64,000 nucleotides of DNA from Lama guanicoe (lineage: Eukaryota). The notes beneath the pieces are model-generated. The model did no database searches. It saw only the letters and a list, made by a program, of their open reading frames with translations, and had not been told where the DNA came from. Positions 1-12,940 of the stretch are shown in pieces. Every line of letters starts with the position of its first letter. Position 1 is the first letter of the stretch. The translations under genes and the position numbers were made by a program. The stretch is taken from NCBI GenBank assembly GCA_013239625.1, contig MU054187.1:21269280-21333279 (forward strand), read 5' to 3'.

Positions 1-2154
1 GAGTTAAGGCTTGATTTTGCAGAGAATGTTGAAATGATAGTGTATGACACAATGGCAAAACTATTTCTTCATTATAAACCTGATAGAAACTGGCAAATCA
101 GTCTTCATGTGAGAGATTAGATACATGTAGATTTTAAGGTGATCAAAAAGCATTGAGTAGAATTAAACAAACAACAGTTTGGATTTACAGTCATGAGAGT
201 CATCTACACAGAGTGAAAGGATGGAGCCAGAGAAAGCAGTGAGAATTCAAAGTGCAGCTGTGCTTCAAATTAAATTTGACTCAGGGTCAAGAACTTGGCT
301 CTGTAAACCATGGATATGACCTAATCTAACACTTCTTTGTGTTTGCATTTAAACCAATTTACTTCTGTCCAGGATCACTCACTATTGAAAGTAATGGTAC
401 TATATTTCTAAAAATATCTATCAGATAAGAGCAAAAAGAAAATAATATTACTTCTACGGATTGCATTACTGATGTTGGCCTAGAGTTGTAAGAAAGATAA
501 CCCTCAATACATTCTGAAGCCAAAAATGAATATTTAGCTTATTTTTCTCCCTCAGTGTGATTAAAATGCACTTGATTATATGAAGAAGTTAAATGTTTGT
601 TTAAAATACATATATACACCTTGATTTTTCTTGCTTGAATTGATTCTCAGAGCATTAGCTTGAGATATGCAATAGCTCAAATTGCCAAATTAAAAAAGAT
701 TATCAGCTTTCCTTTCCTTCAGCTCTAACCTTAAATAATTCATAAAGAATGCCCTGAAATGTAGCTAAGTTAAAACAAAACATGACAGCCATATAATCCT
801 TGTTTTCAATGGTGCCATACTCTTAATTTTTATGTGAGCAACTGTTTATAAAGTCAACCTTCATTCTAAGGATATACACATATATATATATATGTAAAAT
901 GCTGTATCTGGTATTTAGTAAAATCTTGATAATCTAAGGTGTAATAATTAGCAGCCTAATCTGAGACATTTTTACGTTACTTGATTGCTCTTGATTTCAA
1001 GTGTAGCTGGTTTAAATGCATAGTGAGTAAATTCTCAAGTATATCCAACTTAAATGCCTTTAAGACTTCTACCTCTTTAATGCTCAATTTAGAAATGTCA
1101 CTTTAAACTATTTTTTAAAATAAGATGCACTTATTAATTATTTTGTAGCTATAAGATTTTAAAAGAGATTCTTCATATAGAAAAGTATTTGTCACTGATC
1201 AAATATATCAGTTATCTAGGGTTCCACAAGATCATCAGTGTCAGAGATTGTATCCTTTTTGGAATTTTAGTTTCACCCTATTAGTTTCTTTAAATTGTTA
1301 GACACTTTAGAACATGATCCCTGGCAAAAAAAAAAAATGTGCTTAATAAATATTGTTGATTGAATTAATTAATTTTTAAAGCCTTAAAAAATAAATCTGT
1401 AAGTGTTGGAGTACTTGGAAATAAAAGTTTCATTGAGTTTAATTAAGCACAATTTAACACTCTGCCAAGCTCAGAAGAGTTTTTAGAAATACTAGCAGTC
1501 CTTAGGCAACATAGGAGCCGTTAGTTAAATGAATTAAAAATGAGATTGAGAATAGAAATTACAGCACAGATACCCAGTCTGCTAATTTGCTGATCATTGA
1601 TGAAAACTAGCTACATATGCTGTTTTTTTGAAACTGAAATTTGATATTGGTTCAATTAAAGAGAATGTATAGAATTAATTATGGTTAAATCCTTCTTTTT
1701 CAAAATCGTATTTTTCCTATGTTAATTTCTAATATTAAAAAGTTTTAATCCTTTTTTCTCTTCCACAGCATTTAATAAAATGAATTGTTAATTTCTGATA
1801 GAAAGGTTCTGATAATGAAATAGCCAGTATGGTGTCTCATTCCTCAAACTTTCTTCTGAAATATTGATAGACTTAAAATTAAAAACAGCTACAAAAGATT
1901 TAGTCACTGTGCAGGCTTGACTTTTAGAGAAGTAAATCAGGAATTTATAACAATATGTTAAATAATTATAAGTATTTTGCTACTGCATTTTGCAATGCAA
2001 TATTCACCTTTTATATATATTACTAAATTTTCTTCTCAAGAAGATCAGTAGTAGTTAGGAATTAGAGGTTACCTGGTACACTATTGAAAAACTGTTAAAA
2101 GCCAGTGGTATTTATTCAATCTAATTATTTTCCTTTTGATTTTTTTTTCTTTAA

Positions 2155-2538
<384 letters not shown>

Positions 2539-3229
2539 TAATCAATTAGAGTGCCTATGCATTTATCATTTATATTATTTTCTTGTTCTCTTATTGCTTT
2601 ATTATAAGTGTCTTATTTTCTCCACAAATTTATAAGCATGAGATCAAATCTGCTTTGCAATACTTGTTACTTCCACCAATCCTAACAGGTCCAGGCAAAT
2701 AAAAAATATGCATCATATTTAACTTTATTTGACTTAAAATGATGTCTTATCTTCCAGGAAACACTATGCTGAGAAAACAAAAACAAACAAACAAAAAAAT
2801 ACTTTACTTTTTATACGTTTAGCATTTGCTCTGAGAGGCTAATGTATTTTTGTCATCTCTTGTTTTTATTTTTTCGGGAGAAGGGACAGAAAATAGCAAA
2901 CGGAAGTAAATCTTGGGGACTGGAAAAGGACTATAATCCATTCTTTCTTACCTAAGCAGGGATCTTGTTGTGTCTGCTCAGTCATGTGCAATAATCAGAT
3001 TTATGTTTAATGTACAAGGAAGAATATGGTTTATTTTTTTCAAAGAAAAGAGAGGAATATAGTCTGAAATAAAATGAAAATTTCTAGGAGAAAACATTTT
3101 GTAAAAAGTATGCAGATAAAAAATAGAAATGAGACAATCTTCTTTCTACAAAAGGAAAAATTGTAATTGAGACATCAATGGTTCTCCAATTTATATATCT
3201 TATTGTGTTCAGATTCATATATTAATCTG

Positions 3230-4060
3230 TTTATACAATGTCTTCTTTTGGATGTCTAATGGGGATCTCAGCTTTATGATCAGAAAACAGAACAATACTC
3301 TTAATTTTTCACCCCCCGAACTTGCTTCACCTCCATGCTTCTCCATCATAATAAATGAAACTTCATTTACCCAGTTTTTCAAAGAAAAACCTAAATGTCA
3401 ACCCTGATTCTTCTCTTCCCCTCACACTCCAAATGTTATCCATCATCCTATTTCTTGCCATTAATATACCCCAAACTCAATCAACTTTGAAATCTAGACC
3501 AATAGACCAATAGCTGTCTTATAGAAGCTGCCATTTTATCTCAGCTGGACCACTGAAATAACCCCCTAACTGGTCTGCCTCTTTCCACTTTCCCTTGGTC
3601 CCTTGAAAAACTAAATGACATTATGCCATTAATCTGCTCTTAAGCCTCCAGTGCCTCCACATTTCCCCCAGAATAAGATAAGTCTATCCTACAGCTACAG
3701 TGCCCCACACTGCACGTCCTCAGCTCCATCTCACTCTCTCTGCCTTCCTGAATCACTTCAGTGTTGCCGGCCATCTTGATATGCCTCAGACATCCCAAGA
3801 TTGTTCCCACCTCGGAGGCCCTGGACTTGCTGTTTCCTCTGCTCAGAAGACAGGTCTTTGCTAGATTATTTTCTCCCTGCTTTATTTTGTGCTTTGCTCC
3901 AATTTTCCTTCCCCAGAGAGGTTTTTCTGACCAACCTGACTAAAATAAAATAACGTTCTGCCCTCTTGCTTATACTGTCTATTCTATTAGTGTGTTTTTT
4001 TTTTCATAGCCTTCATCTGTACCTGGAATTACATATTTTAATTTATGATGTTACTTCTTT
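3230..4060 (+). mobile_element. LINE-2 (L2) 3' fragment, highly diverged
   Basis: L2-like motifs TGGATGTCTAATGGGGATCTCA, AACCTAAATGTCAACCCTGATTCTTCTCT, CCCTAACTGGTCTGCCT, CCCACCTCGGAGGCCCTGGACTTGCTGTTTCCTCTGC, CCCAGAGAGGTTTTTCTGACCAACCT. Confidence 0.75.
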
Positions 4061-4683
4061 CATGTCCACAGACATAAAGATGAAGGAGCATATAAAAGAA
4101 ACAAGAATAAAAAGCTTAGACAAATCAAGTTAGAAGAGTGCTAAGAATGTTGTGTTACCAAGTTATATAACATAGTTATGAAAAATTGGGGGGAAGGTAT
4201 GGGATTCAATAAAATGAGAGTGAAGCCTGGGTTAATAGTCTTCAGGGAGTAAAAGATGTTTTACATAAATGCTTGCTATAAAACCACAATCATTACCATA
4301 TAGGAATATGGTTTTATTTATATTCCTCTAGTTCACTTATCATATTTTAATGAAAGACAATACTTTCAGAAAGACATTGGGAAGTTTTACATTTGTCCTT
4401 TTTTTTTTTAATATCCACATTCTACTTGTTTACCTTGAAATGGAAATTTTCCCGCCAATTTTGTTTTCCTTTCTAAGTTGAAATTTCTACTTCGAGGCCA
4501 CATCTGAACCAGTTATCAGAGAAATGCCCATTTCCTGTATCCTGATTGTTATGAAACTAGTGCATACTTGTAAGAATGCCTTTAATTATTAACTTTTTAA
4601 GTTAGTTGCCAATATAAAATCAATTAAAAGTCCAATTCACGTGTTCATGAACTATAGCTGACTTTCCAGAGTCTCATTTCCTA

Positions 4684-5206
4684 GGTTGGGAAGGGGGAAC
4701 TTCCCGCCTACCCCTCTTGAGTTCTTGTAGGTGGGCTAATAATAAAATCAACATAACCCAGGTTAACAGGAGAAAAAGAAACAAATTGTTACTCGTGCAC
4801 ATGGACGGCTTGTAGAAATGGGGCCCAAGAAGTGGCCAAAGCAGGTAGTTTTTATACTTTTTAGACAAAGAAACAATACATTTGGGAGGAAATGACAGGA
4901 CCAAGAAACTTAGATTTGGGGACTTAAATAGTTAGGAATTTTAACAAAGTTTGGGCTTGGGTAGTAAACTGGTTTGTTTTTAGAGGCTTCTTGGCCAGGA
5001 TTCGCTGGCCCGGGTGTTAAGGGTGTTCATTTACCTCCAGGTGCAGGGAGGATACCTTTCACATGAGAGATTTATTTCTTGTTTCCAGGAGACAGAGGAG
5101 GGTCTGAGTGTCCCTCTTGGACTGGCTGTTTCTTACGTAAGTTTAATTCGAAATAATCAGTATGCCTTGAGGCATGTTTTGGAGCAGGCTGCCTTGAACC
5201 CCAATA
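4684..5206 (-). mobile_element. Solo ERV1-class LTR (523 bp), antisense to RALYL
   Basis: Perfect 4-bp TSD CCTA (4680-4683 and 5207-5210). Colinear similarity to the LTR at 10426-10915 (shared blocks ACAAAGAAACAATACATTTGGGA, GAGATTTATTTCTTG, AATAATCAGTATGCC). The terminal dinucleotides are mutated. Confidence 0.8.
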
Positions 5207-6289
5207 CCTATCACTGCTCATTTCTTTGCTATCCCTTTGAGAAAAATGCAGTGGGGAAGGAGAGATAGCCACACTAAAACTTTAGTGCCTTGCTTGGAAA
5301 ATCCCATGGGGGAACAAAATGATGACACCACATCACTATTCTTTGAGAGACCAGAATTAAATTATGCTTCTAAGAAGATACCATTTCTCATTCCCAGTCA
5401 TTCTTCTGGGATCCTCTCTCGGTTGTGTCCTCCAGTTAATCTCTGGAGCATTTATCTTTTTTTTTTTTCCATTAAGGAGCATATATCTTAATCAGCCATA
5501 GTCCACCCTTTCTGCTTGAATCCAAGTCAAAGACTTGATTCTTTCAGTTGAAATCTGGTCGTTCACTCCTTGTGTCTAAGCTGAACGCCTTTTCATACAA
5601 AGCAGGTGATTTACAACTTAATAACTTTGCTTTTCAGGACAAGCGTCTCAATCTACTCACCTTTCCTTAAGTGATATTACTAGGGATTCAGGCAAAAGCA
5701 TGTGTTAGATGTTCCTTATGAGCATCTGGTTCCTGAAGAAAATGTTTAGTTTTCCAGGAGATATATCCATTTCTGGCTTTAAATACCTTATTTTTGGTGA
5801 CAGGTGGAAACTTAGGTTTAAGTAAATCACTTGCTTCTTGAGATTTTTGACTCTCAAATAAACCAAATTTTAAGGTTTTTAGCTCCCACTAAACCCTACA
5901 AGTCCTTAATTTGAAGCAGATTGGTTATGGATCAAATAATAGACCACTGTCATACAAAATTGTCATTAGCTTCACGTACCACAACGTATCTAAGCATTCC
6001 TCCTTTTCTTTAAGGTGGGAAGAGAATTAGTATTGATTAAGCCATGCACTGGGCTAGTTCTTTACCTATATTATCTTATTTGATCTCAGTGCATATCACT
6101 TCATATCACTATGTGTTTAGTTTTTTATAGACAATTTAGAAATTCAAGTAGAACATCAATAGTACCAGAAAAAATTAAACATCCTAATGTGAGTCCTTAT
6201 TGTTTGATGGTGATTACAAATATATCTCTAAACTAAGAATGGCTTATGCATGTGATGAAAAGTAGCATTTATTAAATGGAAAATACGAA

Positions 6290-6900
6290 AAGCTATTTTG
6301 AGTCTGTCAGTAAGGGGACATTGAAGTGTTTTAAGCTGGGAAGTGAAAAGTTGACATTTTTTATTGAAAGAATAATCCATCAGCAGTTTGATGGATGGAT
6401 TAGTGTGATATAAAACTAGAAACAAGGACATGTGTTTGCAGTCTGCTGAAAGAATCTAGGTTTCAAATTATGGAAAAGAAGAGGAAAAAGTTAGGAAAAG
6501 GAGGTAGGACCAATAAGATTTAATAACTAATTGGCACAATGGGTGAGACAGAAAGAGAAGAATTAAGAATGATTCCCATATTTCTGGGTTGACTTGCAGA
6601 TAACCAGGATGATGGAGAAAGATTTCCCAAAGGAAAAGATTCCTGTGTAAGACAGAGTTCAGGACTGAATAGATGTATTAAGATTGATGTACATGCCTGA
6701 AGGTATCTAAGTAGATGTATCTATTAGAATCTTGGATACGCAGTCCCAGCTAGGAGGAGAGAGTTGGACTAAGGGTAGTGAGTTTGTAAGTCATCCACAC
6801 AGACAGAGCTAAAACTATGGAGATGCATAAGTTCACCCTGGGAAAGTATACAGGGTGCGAAGAGTATTGGCTGAGGACTGATCTGTGGAGAAACCTTTGG
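6290..6900 (-). mobile_element. LINE-2 fragment, antisense
   Basis: Purine-rich L2-antisense motifs GGGGACATTGAAGTGTTTTAAGCTGGGAAGTGA, AAGAATGATTCCCATATTTCTGG, TTGGATACGCAGTC, GCTGAGGACTGA. Confidence 0.7.
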
Positions 6901-9449
6901 GTCCCAATAAAAAGAAGAACCTTTCTGATAAGACTTCTGGAAGTCTAAATCCAAAGGACCTTCTACACAGCTCTTTGATCTCCCAGTTCTAGGTTACAGG
7001 TACCATGTCCTTCCAGAACTTCGAGTATTAGATGACTACCTTCTTAGTCGATCCTTAAGTCAGTTCCCCTAAGCTGCTAATGATTTCCAAACTTTCATAA
7101 GCACAAATGTTCTTATTGATACTAATATTTAAAAATCTCATTTGGGAGAGCTTAAGCATATTATCTTTAAAGCCTAAGTTTCTTTCCGTATCAATGTCTT
7201 CTATACCCAAAGCCACCTGCCCAGCTGAGTGGTGGAGAAAACCTTTTATCTACCTTGCCAGATTTCATTGTTTGTCTTTAATAAAGCCATTGGCATAAAT
7301 AGAAATGTTCTTCAGACCAACTGCAAGTTAACCATTGCAGACATAGTCAGGATGAATTTACACACTTGACTACATTTGTATAACTCAACATTTAAGAACA
7401 AAAATTCCATATATCCAGATTATAAAATACTCTGCATCTTTCTGAAGAAATCAACTTTTACCATAAAATTATCATCAAATTCTAGTTTGAAATGTTAAGT
7501 AAGTATATAGTTTGCATTCTTTCCAAATTTATGTAAGATGAGAAGTTATTTTAAAGATTGCTGGATCCTACCTAAAAATTACAGTGCATGGAGTAATTAA
7601 GGGAGCTCAGAAATTAGAGCTCAAAATACTGGAACTCTCATCTGAATTTTGAAAGGTCAGAGTCTAATGTCTCGATTAACTTCCTTCCTTGGGTTTTTTA
7701 ATTCAAGATTAAAGACGAAGATTTCTGAACTTTATAACATAACACATGAAAAGTCACCTTGTGTTAGTTCAATGATCTATTCATTTTATCAACATGATAA
7801 TGACCCCAAGCAATGTTTTACTGAATACATAGTTTGTTTCCTGAGGTTACCTCCCTTAAAGGCATATAGCACATTAACTAATAATTAAAGGGTACTTTTT
7901 TGCCTTTGAGGTTAAACTCCCATATATTTAATACTTCAGAGAAATTAAATGAAAACAAAAATACTTATTTCTTCAAACTGCAAAGAACGTCTCCAGTTTT
8001 TTTTCTTTTTAAGTCTATGATCCAGGCATGTCCCAAACCTGATTGTGAGGTTGACAGATTTATTTTGGGTGCCATCCTCCCCCATTTCTATGCTATTTTC
8101 TTTAAGATTTATTTTCAGTTCACAGTCTACTCATTCAAACCTGGGTGGCATGTGACCTCATGCCAGGCTGTGACCCCAGTCTGTGACACGTGTTTCAAAA
8201 TCATTCTCTCTTCTTTTCCCCTTTGATATCTCTTATTCCTAGTTCACAGTTGTCTGTCTGAGGAAACATACCTAATAAATACTCTTGATCATATGTTTGG
8301 AGATATGATAATTGAACACATTAAAGGATTTCAAATAAATAAACTGGATTTTTAGTATTGCTGCCTTCCAGGTACCCATCATAACACACCCTGTGGGTAT
8401 TGTACAGAAAAGGAAACTTCGTTGCTTTTTATACATTTTCAGTTCTTTAGCACATCTTTTATATCACAATAGAAAAGGGGTATCTTTTTTATATCCCTGG
8501 CTATCTGCCTTTGATAGGTCATGAGGATTGCTAAACTGCAGAAAGGAACATTTGTTTGCATTTGGATCCACAGTAATTGGAGATTCTTAAAAAAAATCAG
8601 AATCCCACTGTAAAATTGTTCTGAATGATTTTTGTAAAAAACACAATTTCTATAATGTAAATTCCTTTTAAAAATGTATTTCAATTGGTTATTTAAAAAT
8701 TTTTAATTTAAAAATTTGAAGTATTAACATGTCCTCTTTTAAATAGTTCATTGAAACTGACTTCTAAGATTTGCTAATACTGGAAATATTTATTATTTTT
8801 AATTGAAATTTAGTCATTGGAATTATTTTTTTCTCAAATGCATTATATGAAAGGTAAAATAAACATGTTAAATGTTTAGTATTGACAATTTTTACATGAG
8901 CGGTCACACCTAAAGTGTCCTTTTGTACCCAAATATCATGCAGAAGTTGGAGGCTAAGTCTAGCCTAGTGCCGATTTCTACTGATTACACTTGGCTTGAT
9001 TACACACAGGCTATATGTAGACATTTGAAATGTCTTTATTTGTAGATTATTTCACTCCTACTATGATTGCAAAAGACACAGTTTATGAACTTAGGGATTC
9101 AGTTATTAATAGTAGGAATAGAAGGTTCTTGTGAGGGTTCAATGAGCTATTTCACTGGAGCCTCTTCCATTTTATTCTGTTTTTGTTGTGATTATGATAT
9201 ACAATTAAATGGCATTAAATAATTGCATTATTTTAAAAAGTCAGACATCCCAGAGTTAGCTAGTCAGTAGACATGAGTTAATTTTTTTCTAAACATAGCC
9301 CAGTCTTTAAGCATCAAATATTAACAAATATATATTTTATTCAAAGGTTATAGTAAATGATATATTGGTTTAAAGAAAGATTTTATTCATGGAATACTTC
9401 CTCTATATTCCTTAAAATGACACCCTTTCATAGTTGTCTCTTATTAATG

Positions 9450-9660
9450 GCTAGACATTTACAAAGTACTTCATCATTGTCAAAGCTCTTTCAAGCTCAT
9501 CTTATCTTTTTTGATTCTCACAGCAGTACTGAGAGGTAAGTAATATGAGTGTTTATGTCTATTCTGCTGGGTAGGAACTGAAGCTCAGAGAAATTAACTT
9601 GCCTTACAGCACACACGTGCTGTCATAAGATATCAAACTCATATATTCTCGTCTGAAGTT
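9450..9660 (-). mobile_element. MIR SINE, diverged
   Basis: TTGATTCTCACAGCAGTACTGAGAGGTAAGT...GGAACTGAAGCTCAGAGAAATTAACTTGCC resembles the MIR core. Confidence 0.6.
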
Positions 9661-9964
9661 ACTTCACTGTTTATTCTTGCCAGTAATTTTTTCCCCATAT
9701 CAATATATCAGCAAAGTGACTGTACACTTTATCATCCAAACCAGGAGACTTCTGAGAGAGAGAAGGGATGATGGTAATGGTGATGCTGTGATATCAGGCT
9801 TAAACCAGGGTGATTCTAGAGGAACTTAAATGTAGTCCTTATTGTCTATTGCATCCGCAGTTAAAGTAGACTTGTCAACCTGCTTGATCTTTCCCATAGC
9901 ACAGTTACTGCATCGTACTTTTGTTTGTTTGTTTTTTAGTATATTCTAAAACCACTGAAAACCA

Positions 9965-10262
9965 CTGTTCCTAGAAAATATTTTTCACCCCAAAAGGAAA
10001 TACTGTACCCATTAGCAGTTGCTCCCTCGCCCAGACTGGCAACCACTAATGTACTCTCTGTCTTTACAGATTTGCCTGTTCTGGGCATTTCTTTTTCTTT
10101 CTTTCTTTTATTTTTTCATATTGAAGTATAGTCAGTGTACAATGTTGTATCAATTTCTGGTGTACCACATAATGTTTCAGTCATACATACACATACATAT
10201 ATTCATTTTCATATTCTTTTTCATTATAGGTTACTACAAGGTATTGAATATAGTTCCCTGTT
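9965..10262 (-). mobile_element. Old L1M 3'UTR fragment (9965-10090) abutting a short, younger lineage-specific L1 3' end (about 10092-10262)
   Basis: CACCCCAAAAGGAAATACTGTACCCATTAGCAGT...GGCAACCACTAAT is old L1 3'UTR. TTGAAGTATAGTCAGTGTACAATGTTGTATCAATTTCTGGTGTAC is the reverse complement of the young L1 3' ends seen at 21.7, 25.2 and 30.8 kb. Confidence 0.8.
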
Positions 10263-10425
10263 TTAAACTCTGACATTTTAACAGCTAAGAGAAATTCGTT
10301 TCTTTCTCACATAAAATACAGTCAGTGTCCTAAGGGGGAGATGGGTGAAGGTGGAGGCTCAGTCCTCCTCTTTCATCCGGGGACCAGGCTGTAGGATGCT
10401 TTGACATCTTTCAGTGAGTGGCTAC

Positions 10426-10915
10426 TGTAGGGGAGGAGAACTTTTCCTTTCTTCTCTTCAAGATTCTTTGGCTGGTCTAATTGTTAAATTGACATAAGAC
10501 AGATTAACAGGAGAATGAAAAATTTAATTTGTGTATATGGGAGATGAATAGAAATATAAACTCAAAAAAGTGACCAAGGCAGGCAGCTTTTAGACCTTTT
10601 AAACAAAGAAACAATACATTTGGGAAGAGTTGACAGACAAAGGAGTTTGGCCTTGGGTAATAAATTAGTAAAGAAGTAACAGAATTTGTTTATATAGCCT
10701 TCAGGCCTCGAATTCCTCATCTCTTGTAATAAGAATGTCTCTCTAATTCCTGGTACGGGGAAGGTACCTTTCCCATGGGAGATTTATTTCTTGCTTTCCA
10801 GGGGACAAAGGGAGTCAGAGTGTTTTGCACTGGCTGTTTCTCAAGTAACTTTAATTCAGAATAATCAGTATGCCAGAGTCGCCTATTCTGAGACAACCTG
10901 TCCTGAATTCCATCA
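10426..10915 (-). mobile_element. Solo ERV1-class LTR (490 bp), same family group as 4684-5206
   Basis: TG...CA termini; flanks CTAC/CTAT (4-bp TSD, 1 mismatch); block similarity with 4684-5206. Confidence 0.8.
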
Positions 10916-10945
10916 CTATACGATGTACCTGGAAGGGAGTCAAGA

Positions 10946-11584
10946 TGTTGCCGGTGGAGGCAACCAGTGTTCCAGGTTCCTGTCCCGTCCCAGAAAGAAT
11001 TCAGAGACAAGACATAGAGGTTAAGAAAAGTAAAGTGATAATTTATTGAAGGATGGATAGTACACTCTCAAGGGGAGAGCGGGCAGGCTCAGGTGAGCGG
11101 CTGCCCTGAGTTTCTTTAGCAAGTTAGTTACATAGGGTGTAAAAATGAAGGGACGGAATATTCACTGAGGAGGGAAGGGTTTGGGATCGTATTTCCTGAT
11201 TATCATCCCAACTCCACCTTCCCAAAGGGAGGCGGGATTTTTGTCCTTATTTAGTCTGGATCAGAAGTGTCATGGCAGGATGGGTGCTTCTGACCTGCAA
11301 GGCCAATTTGATTGAAATGAGGGCATAATGAGCAAAAGTTTATATTCGGACACTGGAAATTCCTGCCTTTTCTCACCTTTCTCTGTTGGTCTCCAGGCCA
11401 AAAGTTGTGGCCCCTTATCAGCCCAAAGATTCCTGCTTTTCTTTCTCTGCCCAGGGACCCTTGGTGCTCACATGACATGTGGTTTCCTGCATCTGGCCTC
11501 TGCCCTTCCTTTCCGCCCGATTCCTGCCATTGGGTCTGTGTCCCCCTTTCTCTGCTCGTTTCTAGCTCTCTGCCTGCTCTAACA
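10946..11584 (-). mobile_element. Solo ERV1-class LTR (639 bp), apparently younger
   Basis: Termini TGTT...AACA (4-bp inverted repeat); flanks AAGA/AAGC; minus-strand AATAAA at 11042-11047, about 100 nt from the 3' end; raised GC with retained CpGs. Confidence 0.8.
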
Positions 11585-11975
11585 AAGCCAGCAGACTGGT
11601 TAAAAAAGAGAGAGGATGATGCTCTGGCAGTTCTGCATTTCAAGCCTGGAAGGGGTACTCAGCTTACCTGCTTACGTTTCATGGACCACACCTAGATGCT
11701 AATGGGCCTGGGCAGTCATTCCCGCCAGTAAACAGTAAATCTTTAGTGGGCAGTCGGCTTCTTTGCCACATGTGGTAAAGTAACATGAAGAAATTATTCA
11801 CTAAGAGTCCATTTTCTCACCTGTAGTATTTAGCTCAGTGTATAAAGCAGAACTCATGTGTTTGTGGAGTGCTTAGAACCTTGCTGGCATACAGTACATA
11901 CTTTGTGATAAAAGTTTGTGCACAGTGATTTCAGCCTCTGAAATCATCCTAGTGCCATGAGAAGTCCTCTGTATT

Positions 11976-12003
11976 TGTGTGTGTGTGTGCGTGTGTGTGT
12001 GTG
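11976..12003. repeat. (TG)n microsatellite with one interruption
   Basis: Direct reading of the sequence. Confidence 0.95.
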
Positions 12004-12718
12004 GTGCACCATTCTGAACAGCTTTTGAATCAATGGTGCAGGCAGGCCATTCTAGTTGAGTCGGTAATTGCTGAGAGTAAGAAATTCGTTCAGATGATTC
12101 CAAGTGTGGTGGGAGATGATTCGAGACAAGGAGAGATTTAAAAGGATGGGTGGATAGGGAGAGGAATTCTAGGTGGATGGCGCATTATACCTGGAGTCTT
12201 AATTCAGGCAGAAGTGAATAAAGCCCTGTGGATGAAGACTGGTCTCATGGAGAAGAGTGGAGGGAGGTAAGATTGATGCCAGGCTGTGCAGGGTCTTGCG
12301 TGACACACTGATGAATCCAAGTGTGTAGAAATACTTACGAGATTGTATTCCATCTAATGAACATTAGCTTCAAAAGAATGTTAGGTTTGTTAACTATCAT
12401 TTGAGTTACTGTTATGTTTTAATTATGTAATGTATTATTTAACATGCACCTTGATTTCCTTGTACTGTTGAAATATTCATTCACTTCTTCCTTCATCTGT
12501 GAAAGAATTATTAATGTTCTATTCCATCCAAGACATAGGTGAAGCCCTCTGGGAATGAAGATTGTACTTAGGTTTAGTGTAATTGTTATAAGCTATTTCC
12601 TGAATATCTTATTTTCATTTATTTTCTGCTTTCGTAATATAATTATGCCTTTAAGTAACAGGATGCTTGCATTTTGCAGTTTCTGGTGGGCTGTATACAG
12701 CAATACATGTCTTTAGAG

Positions 12719-12940
12719 CAGTGTTTCCTAACCTTGGCAGTATTTAAATTTGGGGCCTTTGTTTTGGGCGCTTGTTCTGTGCGTTGTAGTAGGTTTAGCA
12801 GAAGCCACGACTTCCATCTCCAGCCGAGGCTTCCCCTTCACTAGACGCCAGAGGTACCCTCTCCCAGTAGCAATGACCAAAACTGCGTCCAGACATTACC
12901 AGAAATCCTCTTAGGGGCAAAAACTGGTTAAAAAGCACCG
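12719..12940 (-). mobile_element. MER20 non-autonomous hAT-Charlie DNA transposon
   Basis: 222 bp; degenerate TIRs CAGTGTTTCCTAACC / GGTTAAAAAGCACCG; 8-bp TSD CTTTAGAG/CTTTGGAG; internal CACTAGACGCCAG and CCAGACATTACCAGA motifs typical of MER20. Confidence 0.88.

Larger units (their letters stand above)
10280..11770 (-). mobile_element. Old MaLR (MLT1-like) LTR split into pieces by two younger LTR insertions
   Basis: MLT1-like pieces at ~10280-10425, 10916-10945 and 11585-11770; the last piece ends ...CTTTGCCACA. Confidence 0.5.

Noticed and set aside
9948..9967. Short direct repeats (AAAACCACTG x2; similar small duplications near 3496, 14817 and 32818)
   Set aside because: These are ordinary replication-slippage duplications with no higher-order structure.
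4684..10915. Two related same-orientation LTRs 5.2 kb apart as the ends of one provirus
   Set aside because: Each has its own TSD (CCTA; CTAC/CTAT), they are quite diverged from each other, and the interval holds L2, MIR and L1 rather than gag/pol/env.
11251..11695. Overlapping 84-130 aa ORFs
   Set aside because: They lie in a GC-rich solo LTR and show no recognisable protein similarity.
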